From contig JAEEQE010000004.1 of NCBI GenBank assembly GCA_016285145.1, positions 45,022-109,021 on the forward strand: 64,000 bases of DNA, given 5' to 3'. Source of the stretch: Bacteroidales bacterium. Lineage in GTDB: Bacteria > Bacteroidota > Bacteroidia > Bacteroidales > WCHB1-69. The notes beneath the pieces were generated by a model. It had not been told where the DNA came from. It worked only from the letters and a program-made list of their open reading frames with translations, and ran no database searches. Below are positions 9,344 to 21,370 of this stretch, one piece after another. A program made the translations under genes and the position numbers. How positions within the stretch are numbered: the stretch's first letter is position 1; every line of letters begins with the position of its first letter.

Positions 9344-10501
9344 ATGACTAAAAGAATTACAGCATCCCGGATCATCCATGGTTTTTTTTCTTCCACCGCC
9401 GCTTTTTGTATAATGCTATGCCTGATTCTCACTCAAGGTTGTAATCTCGAAATAACCCCCGTGGTGACCACAGGTGAGGTTTCCGCCATTGCCAGTACAA
9501 CAGCCACCTGTGGCGGAACCGTGTCCAACAATGGGGCATCCGTCACGGTACGCGGCGTGTGCTACAACACTGCCGGACGGCCCAACATAAACGACCCTCA
9601 CACCACCGACGGCAGCGGCAGCGGCGATTTCAGAAGCTATCTGACCGGATTGCAACCCAACACCACTTACTACGTACGGGCATACGCAGGCAATGGCGAT
9701 GGGATCTCATATGGTGACGAGGTGAGCTTTTCCACCACAAACGGAGGCGAGGATCCGGGCAACCCGGATGTTCCTTTCACAATTACCACACAAGAAGTGA
9801 CGGATATCACTTATAATAGTGCTCGCTGTAGCGTGATTTTTACGGGCAATACTGAGAATGTAACAGAATATGGTGTTTCTTATAACACAACAGGTTCTCC
9901 CAACACAAACGACAATCATGGCATTCCCGATGGTGGGTATAATTTCAATCTTGCAAACCTGCAACCCAACACTACTTACTACGTGCGAGCATACGCCATC
10001 AGCAACAATTATGTAACCTATGGAAATGAAATCTCTTTCACCACATCTTCTACGACACCAATGACGCTGTTAACTATCCCTCGGGGATGGGTACTATCCG
10101 CTGCCACATCCACTCCTGGATATGTACTGGCGAATGGCACAATACTAACGGATTTGATGAATGGTTATTTGTATGATTTTGAATTAGATGACATTATTAT
10201 TTTTTCTCCGAATGGCACTCACAGAGTGCTTCCTGGCTTGTTATACAATTCTGAATTCGGATATACTGCAGAAACCAATCTCGGCCAATGGTATTTTGAC
10301 AATTCAAGTAATCCGACCTATTTGCACATGCAAATTCCTTTCTTTTATGGAGAAAATGATCATACGTGTAGTCCAGAACTGGAAGTGTGTCGTATTATAA
10401 GTTTAACAACTGATATGCTGAAAATTGCATACACCTTTAACGATGACGAACCAGTTAAAACAACCTATACGTTCACATTAACATACGTTCCGGCGAATTA
10501 A
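9344..10501 (+). CDS. Putative surface lipoprotein with two tandem Fn3-like repeats and a C-terminal lipocalin-like domain
   Basis: It has a signal peptide with lipobox-like LILTQGC. There are two roughly 100-aa repeats (...GVCYNTAGRPNINDPHTTDG...LQPNTTYYVRAYA...YG.E.SF.T). Confidence 0.7.
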   Translation: MTKRITASRIIHGFFSSTAAFCIMLCLILTQGCNLEITPVVTTGEVSAIASTTATCGGTVSNNGASVTVRGVCYNTAGRPNINDPHTTDGSGSGDFRSYLTGLQPNTTYYVRAYAGNGDGISYGDEVSFSTTNGGEDPGNPDVPFTITTQEVTDITYNSARCSVIFTGNTENVTEYGVSYNTTGSPNTNDNHGIPDGGYNFNLANLQPNTTYYVRAYAISNNYVTYGNEISFTTSSTTPMTLLTIPRGWVLSAATSTPGYVLANGTILTDLMNGYLYDFELDDIIIFSPNGTHRVLPGLLYNSEFGYTAETNLGQWYFDNSSNPTYLHMQIPFFYGENDHTCSPELEVCRIISLTTDMLKIAYTFNDDEPVKTTYTFTLTYVPAN

Positions 10502-10554
10502 AACCTTATTTTTGTGCTCGAAATAACACGGTGGTTGTCAAACCATAATTTTTA

Positions 10555-10562
10555 TACTTTTG
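10555..10562 (+). promoter_or_regulatory. -7 box TACTTTTG
   Basis: taTACTTTTGgaaa lies 26 nt upstream of ATG 10588. Confidence 0.4.
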
Positions 10563-10587
10563 GAAAATATTTTACACGACAATCAAT

Positions 10588-11277
10588 ATGGAAAATAAAA
10601 CCGCACAATTTTTGGAACGGTACCGCGAGATTGAAGAGTGGGTGCTCAACAACCTGAATATCACTGATATGAAAGATCTGGAGCAGATGCCGCAGTACAA
10701 GAGTCTGCGCAGCAACCTTGCCTTCTGCCGCCTTCTTCGCAACCTGCTTTCGCACTATGACTGGTCGAAGGCGGGCAACGACATGATCATCGTCACCGAC
10801 CAGGCCGTGCGGCAAGTCAACAACCTCTACTACGCACTCAATCCCGTAACACTGATGCGCTTGGCCATCCGGGCGGGCCAGATCTTCGCACCCTCCCCTG
10901 CCGATTCGGTCCTCAACGCCATCCAGGTGATGCACCGAAACGACTACTCCTACATTCCCATTGTGGACAACCATCAGATCGTCGGCGTGTTCAGCACCAA
11001 GACGATTATCAGCCTGATAGCCGAGAGCAACACCTTCCAACTGGCCGACACCATGACCTTCCAAAACATCACCAACCATATCCGCTTGGCCGACGAATCG
11101 AACGCGCACTACGGTTTCATCGACCCCAACGCCACTGTGGAGGATGTGTCTATAAAGTTCCAACGTTCCAAAACGCGGAAAAAACGGTTGGACATGCTGT
11201 TCATCACCGACAACGGACGTTACGACGGGCGCCTGCTGGGTATGATCACACCAAGCGACCTGATGGGGACCGTTTAG
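10588..11277 (+). CDS. CBS-pair domain protein with an N-terminal helical domain carrying an Rx4H (HEPN-like) motif
   Basis: Two CBS-like units are present (SVLNAIQVMHRNDYSYIPIVDNHQIVGVFS; ...LDMLFITDNGRYDGRLLGMITPSDL). The N-terminus contains FLERYREIEEWV...CRLLRNLLSH. The opposite-strand ORF 10552..11163 looks like a shadow. Confidence 0.7.
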   Translation: MENKTAQFLERYREIEEWVLNNLNITDMKDLEQMPQYKSLRSNLAFCRLLRNLLSHYDWSKAGNDMIIVTDQAVRQVNNLYYALNPVTLMRLAIRAGQIFAPSPADSVLNAIQVMHRNDYSYIPIVDNHQIVGVFSTKTIISLIAESNTFQLADTMTFQNITNHIRLADESNAHYGFIDPNATVEDVSIKFQRSKTRKKRLDMLFITDNGRYDGRLLGMITPSDLMGTV

Positions 11278-11322
11278 CGAACCGATGACAATGTGACAAT
11301 GATGAAATTGGCATAATTTTTG

Positions 11323-11330
11323 TACTTTTG
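11323..11330 (+). promoter_or_regulatory. -7 box TACTTTTG for secA
   Basis: tgTACTTTTGcggc lies 29 nt upstream of ATG 11359. Confidence 0.45.
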
Positions 11331-11358
11331 CGGCTTTTAAAAATAGAACGTATAAACT

Positions 11359-14657
<3,299 letters not shown>

Positions 14658-14658
<1 letters not shown>

Positions 14659-15764
14659 TGAGACGCGCTATCCTCTCTGTCACCAACGACCTCTACACGG
14701 ACCCCCGCGTGGACAAGGTTGCTCTTTTCCTCACGCGGAATGGCTTTGATGTCACGCTGGTAGGTCGGCGGTACGGCGATTCTCCATCCTTGGAACCCCG
14801 GAAATACCACACCCACCGGATGCGCCTTCTCTTCCGGAAAGGCAAGTTTTTTTACGCAGAATATAATCTGCGGTTGTTTTTCTATTTATTACTAAAAAAA
14901 TGTGACATTCTGATTGCCAACGACTTGGATACGCTGTTACCCAATTTTCTCATAAGCAAGTTGCGGCGTAAGAGATTGGTTTATGACAGTCACGAATACT
15001 TCTGCGGCGAGCTGTCGGTGGTGAGCAATCCCGTGGCCTTCCAGGTGTGGCTTGCCATCGAGAAATTCTGTTTCCCGAAGTTGGAAACAGTGATTACAGT
15101 CAGCCAGTCCATTGTGGACCAATACGAGCAGGAGTACGGCATACGTCCCTATTTGGTGCGCAACATCCCGCCCGCGGGCACGCCGCCCATTACGGAAACA
15201 CGGGAATCGTTGGGTATGCCCGCGGGCAAGTTCGTCCTGATCCTGCAGGGCAACGCCATCAACGAGGGACGCGGCGGCGAGGAGTTGGTGCAGGCCATGA
15301 CGCTGCTGCCTGACGCACATCTGATGATTGTAGGCAACGGCACGGTGCTGCCAGTATTGAAAAAGATGGTGAAAGACTTGAGTATTGAAGATCGCGTCAC
15401 TTTTGTGGGCCGCCAAAACCAGCAGATGCTGTTCAACTACACGGCGTTGGCGGATGTGGGCATGGCCCTTGACCGCGACATCAGCGAGAACCTGCGTTTC
15501 AGCCTGCCCAACAAGATCTTCGAGTACATCAAAGCGGGTACGCCGCAGGTGGTATCCAACTTGGTGGAGCGGGCCGCCATCGTCCGGCATTATGGTGTGG
15601 GTGTGGTGGCCGAATCGCTGACCCCCGAAGCCATCGCCGCCGCCGTGAAGGAGTTGCAGCAGAACCCCGACATCTACGCCAATTGCAGGGCCAACTGCCG
15701 CACTGCCGCCAAAGAACTCACTTGGGAGAATGAGGAAAAAGTGCTGGAGGAAATTTACTTGTAA
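14658..15764 (+). CDS. Glycosyltransferase, GT-B fold (family 1/4-like)
   Basis: I prefer the start at the ATG overlapping the secA stop (TAATG at 14656..14660). It shows a typical GT4 pattern with a C-terminal E-x7-E-like region (LPNKIFEYIKAGTPQVVSN). Confidence 0.8.
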
Positions 15765-15775
15765 ATATTGCCGAC

Positions 15776-16909
15776 ATGAATGGCGAATCCCTTTACCTGC
15801 TGCTCTGCTTCGTTTCCGGTTTCACGCAATGTGCGCTGATCGGCTGTGCGGTGCTGTTGTTCCGGCACCACCGCACCTACCAGTTCCAGAAACTCTTCGC
15901 GGCGGTTTTGATGCTGCATGCCTTCGGCTTTTTCAACAATTTCGTGGTGGCCTCCTGCCGGCACCTGCCGTTCTCCGAATTCCTGAATCTGCTGCTCATC
16001 TTCTATGATTACATCATCGTGGGTGCCTATATGATGTTTGCCGTATCGCTGGTCTTCCCCAACCGGTTCCGCATCGGACAGCTGCTGCTGATGGAAATCC
16101 CTTTCGTAGGCGCGATGCTCCTGTTCGCCATCACGAAAAGGCCCTGGGTGTATCCCGTCATGCAGATCTTCACGCTGGCCGCCTCGTTAGCCCTACTGGT
16201 TTCCCTTCTGATTTCCATAAAGAGATACACTGCCATGCTGCGCGACAACGTAGGTGACATGGAATACTTCGACCTCCGCTGGAGCGCCGTCCTATGCATT
16301 CTGCTTTTTGTAATCCAGCTGCTGTGGGCTTTTGAAAGCGTTTCGCAACAGACCTGGTTTTCCGCCCCACAAGCCGACAAAAACCTGCTCTTCGACACCC
16401 TCTACTGCTTGGTCACCATCGTATTTGTCATCTTCGTGACACGGAAAATCGTACAGCAGAAAGTGTACTCCATTTCCAACGAAGGAAATGAAATCATTAC
16501 CACATTCCAAAATGTCAGTGCGAAAGATGGAACTCCAACCGATGCGGATGCGGATCGGGCTTCTTATCATGAGTCTTTAGTGGACAAAAACATCGAAACC
16601 ATCATTCGCGATAATCGTTATTATTTAGACAAATCGCTGACATTAAACAAGTTGGCATCGGTTTTGGGAACCAACAGGCAGTATCTGAGCAATTACATCA
16701 ACCAAGAAAAGGCGATGACCTTCTACGACTTCATCAACGATTTCCGTTTGGAAGAGGCCAAGGCCCTGTTAGATGCCCACGATGAGGAACATTCGCACTC
16801 TTTGGAAGAGATTTGCAAGATGGCCGGTTTCAACTCCTACTCCACGTTCCTGCGTTCCTTTGCCAAGAAGTACGGGCAGACGCCATCCATGTACATGCGT
16901 CGGAAATGA
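15776..16909 (+). CDS. Membrane-anchored AraC-family transcriptional regulator
   Basis: The N-terminal roughly 230 aa contain about six hydrophobic helices. The C-terminus has an AraC HTH (LNKLASVLGTNRQYLSNYIN...ICKMAGFNSYSTFLRSFAKKYGQTP). Confidence 0.8.
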   Translation: MNGESLYLLLCFVSGFTQCALIGCAVLLFRHHRTYQFQKLFAAVLMLHAFGFFNNFVVASCRHLPFSEFLNLLLIFYDYIIVGAYMMFAVSLVFPNRFRIGQLLLMEIPFVGAMLLFAITKRPWVYPVMQIFTLAASLALLVSLLISIKRYTAMLRDNVGDMEYFDLRWSAVLCILLFVIQLLWAFESVSQQTWFSAPQADKNLLFDTLYCLVTIVFVIFVTRKIVQQKVYSISNEGNEIITTFQNVSAKDGTPTDADADRASYHESLVDKNIETIIRDNRYYLDKSLTLNKLASVLGTNRQYLSNYINQEKAMTFYDFINDFRLEEAKALLDAHDEEHSHSLEEICKMAGFNSYSTFLRSFAKKYGQTPSMYMRRK

Positions 16910-16944
16910 GCGGTGTCTATCGTTTCCCGTATCGTTTTTTTAAT

Positions 16945-16952
16945 TATTTTTG
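16945..16952 (+). promoter_or_regulatory. -7 box TATTTTTG
   Basis: aatTATTTTTGcattggc lies 44 nt upstream of ATG 16996. It sits inside the longer track ORF that starts at 16813, which argues for the 16996 start. Confidence 0.4.
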
Positions 16953-16995
16953 CATTGGCAAACAAAAAAGTCAACATATTAAAATACAGACTATT

Positions 16996-18672
16996 ATGAA
17001 ATATGTCATCATCGGCGGTGTGGCCGGCGGAGCCTCCGCAGCCGCGCGCCTCAAACGCATCCAGGAAGATGCCGAGATTGTCATTCTTGAGAAGGGCGAG
17101 CACATCTCGTATGCCAACTGCGGCATGCCCTACTACATCGGCAACACCATCGAGGAACGCAAGAAGCTCTTTGTGCAGACGCCCGTCTCCTTCGGCAACC
17201 GCTACGACGCGGATGTGCGCACCCTCAACGAGGTGACGGCCATCCATCGTGACCGCAAGACCGTGTCGGTGAAAAACCTGCGCAACGGCAAAGAGTATGA
17301 GGAGGCCTACGACATCCTGCTGCTGTCGCCCGGCGCCGAGCCCATCATCCCGCCCGTGCCCGGCACAGACCTGCCCAACATCTTTACCCTGCGCAATGTC
17401 AGCGACTGCGACCGCATCAAGGCCGCCGCCGCGCAAAGCCTGTGCGACGGGACGGAAGCTGTCATCATCGGCGGCGGCTTCATCGGCCTGGAGATGGCCG
17501 AGAACCTCCACAAGCTGGGCTACCGCGTCACCGTCGTGGAGAAAGCGGACCACATCCTCACCCCGCTCGACTGGCCCATGGCCGCCATCGTGCAGCAGCA
17601 TCTGGCCGACAAGAGTGTACGTGTCATCACCGGCAACGGGCTGGCCGCCTTCCAGCAAGAGGGTGACGCGCTGTCGGTTACGCTGGACGATGGTACCACG
17701 CTGCCTTGCCGGCTGGCTATCCTCAGCATCGGCGTGCGCCCCAACACCCGCCTGGCAGAAGCGTGCGGACTGAAAATCGGAGAGGCCAAAGGCATCTGGG
17801 TTAACGAATTTTTGCAAACATCCGACGAGTGCATCTTCGCCGTGGGCGATGCCATCGAATACCCGCATCCCATCACGGGCAAGCCGTATTGTAACTTTTT
17901 GGCCGGTCCCGCCAACTTGCAGGCCCGCATCGCAGCCATGAACATGGTGTATCCGCAGACGGTCCGTTACCAAGGCTCCGTCACCACGGCCATCGCCAAG
18001 ATCTTCGACCTCACGGCAGCCAGCACGGGATTGTCGGAAAACATGTTAAAAAAACATAATATCGAATACCAAACCGTCATTGTGCATCCGGCGGCCCACG
18101 CCACCTACTATCCCGGCGGCTCCCAAATCCACTTGAAGCTTAACTTTCACCCGCAAAACGGCATGATCTTAGGCGCACAGGCGGTGGGTACGCAGAACGT
18201 GGACAAGCAGATTGACGCCATCTCCCTGATAATGAAGCACCAGGGCACCATCTTCGATTTGGTGAACAGCGAGCATGCCTACGCTCCGCCTTACGGGTCG
18301 GCGAAAAGCCCGGTGATGTTTGCCGGCATGGTGGCCGAGAACATCATGGCCCACCTGATGAACCCCATCCAGGCCGCCGAGCTGGACGAACTTCTGGACA
18401 AAAAAGAGGATATCAACCTTCTGGATGTACGTGAGATACAGGAATTCAAGACCGGCACGATCGAGGGGGCCGGGAACTACCCTGTGGATGAATTGCGCGA
18501 ATTTTTGGACGACATCGACCCGGACAAGAAGACGGTGGTATTCTGCGAGGTGGGCCTGCGCGGCTACGTGGCCTCGCGCATCCTGATGCAGTCGGGCTTC
18601 GAGGAGGTCTATAACCTCGTCGGCGGCATGAAGACCTACCGGTTGGTGGGGAGACATTTTGAGAAAAAATGA
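16996..18672 (+). CDS. CoA-disulfide reductase / NADH oxidase-family flavoprotein with a C-terminal rhodanese domain
   Basis: MKYVIIGGVAGGASAA is the FAD GxGxxG motif and SYANCGMPYY holds the redox Cys. A second dinucleotide fold is IIGGGFIGLEMAE. The C-terminal rhodanese active-site loop is VVFCEVGLRG. Confidence 0.85.
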   Translation: MKYVIIGGVAGGASAAARLKRIQEDAEIVILEKGEHISYANCGMPYYIGNTIEERKKLFVQTPVSFGNRYDADVRTLNEVTAIHRDRKTVSVKNLRNGKEYEEAYDILLLSPGAEPIIPPVPGTDLPNIFTLRNVSDCDRIKAAAAQSLCDGTEAVIIGGGFIGLEMAENLHKLGYRVTVVEKADHILTPLDWPMAAIVQQHLADKSVRVITGNGLAAFQQEGDALSVTLDDGTTLPCRLAILSIGVRPNTRLAEACGLKIGEAKGIWVNEFLQTSDECIFAVGDAIEYPHPITGKPYCNFLAGPANLQARIAAMNMVYPQTVRYQGSVTTAIAKIFDLTAASTGLSENMLKKHNIEYQTVIVHPAAHATYYPGGSQIHLKLNFHPQNGMILGAQAVGTQNVDKQIDAISLIMKHQGTIFDLVNSEHAYAPPYGSAKSPVMFAGMVAENIMAHLMNPIQAAELDELLDKKEDINLLDVREIQEFKTGTIEGAGNYPVDELREFLDDIDPDKKTVVFCEVGLRGYVASRILMQSGFEEVYNLVGGMKTYRLVGRHFEKK

Positions 18673-18716
18673 AAAAGCAAAGAAGTGTTATTTTGTAAAT
18701 CATAAAAACTGTTATT

Positions 18717-19679
18717 ATGCCGTTGAAGCCAATGATAAAATACAGGGGAGGAAAATCAAGAGAGATTTCCACTTTAATATGGCAAATACCTCATTTCCGA
18801 GGACGCTATATAGAACCTTTTTTCGGAGGGGGAGCTCTTTTTTTCCATCTTGAACCTCGTGAAGCCATCATTAACGATATCAACAAGAAATTAATGGGTT
18901 TTTATGACGGTGTCCGTAATCAATATGACAGCCTACGTAAAGAATTGGATGAGTTAGAAGAGTTGTATGCTATAAATCGTGCGGAATTTGACAAATTGAA
19001 AGTCAAACACCCTAATGAGAAAGTTGAAGACAGGAATGAGGAACTTTATTATCATTTACGAAATCAATACAATGGGATAGAAAAAAAAATGTATTCGGAG
19101 GCGCTGCTTTATTACTATATAAACAAAACAGCTTATTCAGGGATGATTCGGTATAATGCACAAGGTGATTTCAATGTCCCTTTCGGTCGTTATAAAAGTC
19201 TGAACACAAAAAGTGTATCATTGTTACACAGTAAGTTATTGCAACGTGCTTCGTTGTTCAACTTGGATTATAGCGAGATTTTCAACATGTCTGAAGATGA
19301 TGATTTCATATTCCTTGACCCTCCTTACGATTGTATTTTCTCCGACTATGGAAATGTGACCTATCGTGAAGATGGATTTAACGAGGACGAACATCGCAGA
19401 TTAGCTGAAGATTTTAAAAACTTGTCTTGTAAAACCCTAATGGTTATTGGGAAAACCCCACTTACTGAAGAATTATATCGCAACTATATTCAGGATGAGT
19501 ACAAAAAAAACTATGCAGTAAACATACGTAATCGTTTCAAATCCAGTGCCACGCATATTATTGTGGCCAATTACAAACGTGATTTAGCTCATTTGGAACC
19601 TGTTGAATATGAAAATATTCCTGAAATAACTCAACTGTTGGCATTTGAAAAACAAAAAGAATATGGCAAGCGTAAGTAG
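18717..19679 (+). CDS. Dam-family (D12 class, alpha-type) N6-adenine DNA methyltransferase
   Basis: KYRGGKS, motif I EPFFGGGALF, NDINKKL and catalytic motif IV FLDPPYD appear in Dam order. The gene is visibly AT-rich relative to its neighbours. Confidence 0.85.
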   Translation: MPLKPMIKYRGGKSREISTLIWQIPHFRGRYIEPFFGGGALFFHLEPREAIINDINKKLMGFYDGVRNQYDSLRKELDELEELYAINRAEFDKLKVKHPNEKVEDRNEELYYHLRNQYNGIEKKMYSEALLYYYINKTAYSGMIRYNAQGDFNVPFGRYKSLNTKSVSLLHSKLLQRASLFNLDYSEIFNMSEDDDFIFLDPPYDCIFSDYGNVTYREDGFNEDEHRRLAEDFKNLSCKTLMVIGKTPLTEELYRNYIQDEYKKNYAVNIRNRFKSSATHIIVANYKRDLAHLEPVEYENIPEITQLLAFEKQKEYGKRK

Positions 19680-21339
19680 TCAATTGTTGTTTCTTACAAC
19701 TTCTCCTCGCACTCCAGAAAAAATGGTAGCGGAGATTGCTCTTTTAATAGAACAATTCAATGGGTTGGTATGGAATAAAGATTCCCAGACAGCTTTTATG
19801 AAAGCGTTAAGAGAAGCTGATTTTTATCAGGGCATCGGGGAAAACGACCCGTCCTTCAGTGCAAGAGACAGGATAAACAGAGCTCCTAAATCATTAGGTT
19901 TTGTGACCCTTAAGCCTAACATTCAACTTACGCCCGCGGGTCAACAGCTTTTATCCGCAAAACGCAAAGACGAAGTGTTTCTACGGCAAATGCTGAAATT
20001 CCAAATTCCTTCTCCTTATCATAAACCGACAGAAAAGGCAGCATACTTCTGCGTCAAGCCGTATCTTGAATTGCTACGGTTAGTGCGCACCTTGGGGACA
20101 TTGAAATTCGACGAGTTGCAAATATTTGGTATGCAACTTACTGATTATCATAAATTTGACACTATAGTTGAAAAAATCGAAATATTCAGGGAGGAAAAAG
20201 CCAAACACAATGGGAATTATCGTAAATTCAAAGCAGAATATTTGCGACAAGAGCTTTCCTCCATCTTTCATGAAAGAATTTCAAAAGGAGACCTCAAAAC
20301 AAGAGAAAGTGACAGCAAATCTCTAAACAAATTTTTGGATACACAGGCAAGCAATATGCGGGACTATGCGGATGCCTGCTTCCGCTACTTTCGCGCAACA
20401 GGCCTTGTTGCCGTATCTCATGTTGGAAAATCGCTGTCTATCGTGCCGGAACGCACAGCTGATGTGGATTATATCTTAAAAAACACATCTCGAGAACCTA
20501 TCGTTTTTTCTAAAGAAAATGAATATGCCGATTATCTTGGCAAAGCAGAAACCCCAAAATTGCTAACCGATGACAAACAACTGCTTGTCAAAAAAATCAA
20601 GACAGATTTTCCAAATATTAAAAATTCAGAAAAATCCTCTCTTTTTGAACTCAAAGATTTGTTAGCCGATTTGCTTGAAAAACGCAAGAAAGCAACATTG
20701 TCTTCGCAAATCACAAAACTAAAAGACTATTGTTTTTATGATGATATACAAAATACCTTTGAACAAATAAAGAACAATAAAATCTACGATGCTCCGCTAA
20801 TAATGGAATGGAACACTTGGCGGGCAATGACCATGCTTGACGGAGGGGATATTAAAGCCAATATCAAATTCGATGATTACGGGAATCCCCTTTCCACAGC
20901 ATCTGGAAACATGGCTGATATCGTTTGTGACTATGGTGATTTTTACGTTTCTGTAGAAGTCACATTATCGGCAGGCCAACGACAATACGAGACAGAAGGG
21001 GAGCCAGTGTCACGCCATCTCGGAAGATTGAAAACAAGCACAAACAAACCCTGCTATGGTTTGTTTGTCGCTCCAACTATCCACGATGCCTGCATCAGCC
21101 ATTTCTATTTGCTTCATCACCTGAATATAGTGTTATATGGTGGCACATCAACCATTATTCCTCTTCCATTGAATATTTTTCAAAAAATGATTGAAGACTC
21201 CTACAAAGCCGATTATGTACCAAATCCTCAACAAGTCAAAGACTTTTTTGAATTCTCCAATTTGATGGCAAAAAAATCTGGCAATGAAAAAGAATGGCAT
21301 GAGAAAATCATAAACAGAGCCTTGAACTGGCTACATTGA
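19645..21339 (+). CDS. Type IIS restriction or nicking endonuclease, AlwI/BstNBI/MlyI/PleI family (start could be ATG 19663)
   Basis: From my recollection of Nt.BstNBI, the motif series matches along the whole length: TSPRTPEK, FNGLVW, FSARDRINR..LGFV, FLRQMLKFQIPSPYH, MRDYADACFRYFRATGL, MEWNTWRAM, DFYVSVEVTLSAGQRQYETEGEPVSRH and LFVAPTI. The gene overlaps the methyltransferase gene end. Confidence 0.65.
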   Translation: MKNKKNMASVSSQLLFLTTSPRTPEKMVAEIALLIEQFNGLVWNKDSQTAFMKALREADFYQGIGENDPSFSARDRINRAPKSLGFVTLKPNIQLTPAGQQLLSAKRKDEVFLRQMLKFQIPSPYHKPTEKAAYFCVKPYLELLRLVRTLGTLKFDELQIFGMQLTDYHKFDTIVEKIEIFREEKAKHNGNYRKFKAEYLRQELSSIFHERISKGDLKTRESDSKSLNKFLDTQASNMRDYADACFRYFRATGLVAVSHVGKSLSIVPERTADVDYILKNTSREPIVFSKENEYADYLGKAETPKLLTDDKQLLVKKIKTDFPNIKNSEKSSLFELKDLLADLLEKRKKATLSSQITKLKDYCFYDDIQNTFEQIKNNKIYDAPLIMEWNTWRAMTMLDGGDIKANIKFDDYGNPLSTASGNMADIVCDYGDFYVSVEVTLSAGQRQYETEGEPVSRHLGRLKTSTNKPCYGLFVAPTIHDACISHFYLLHHLNIVLYGGTSTIIPLPLNIFQKMIEDSYKADYVPNPQQVKDFFEFSNLMAKKSGNEKEWHEKIINRALNWLH

Positions 21340-21370
21340 AAATTGAAACATTTAAAATTTAATACACGTT

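Noticed and set aside
10552-11163. 203-aa minus-strand ORF opposite the CBS-domain gene
   Set aside because: It has shadow-frame composition (H/V/G/D-rich). The + strand frame yields recognisable CBS units and is preceded by a -7 box at a proper distance.
18673-21370. Mobile-element borders (inverted or direct repeats, transposase) around the R-M islet
   Set aside because: Only the compositional shift is visible. The 44-bp and 31-bp flanking intergenic segments show no matching repeats and no recombinase is present, so it is reported only as an AT-rich islet.
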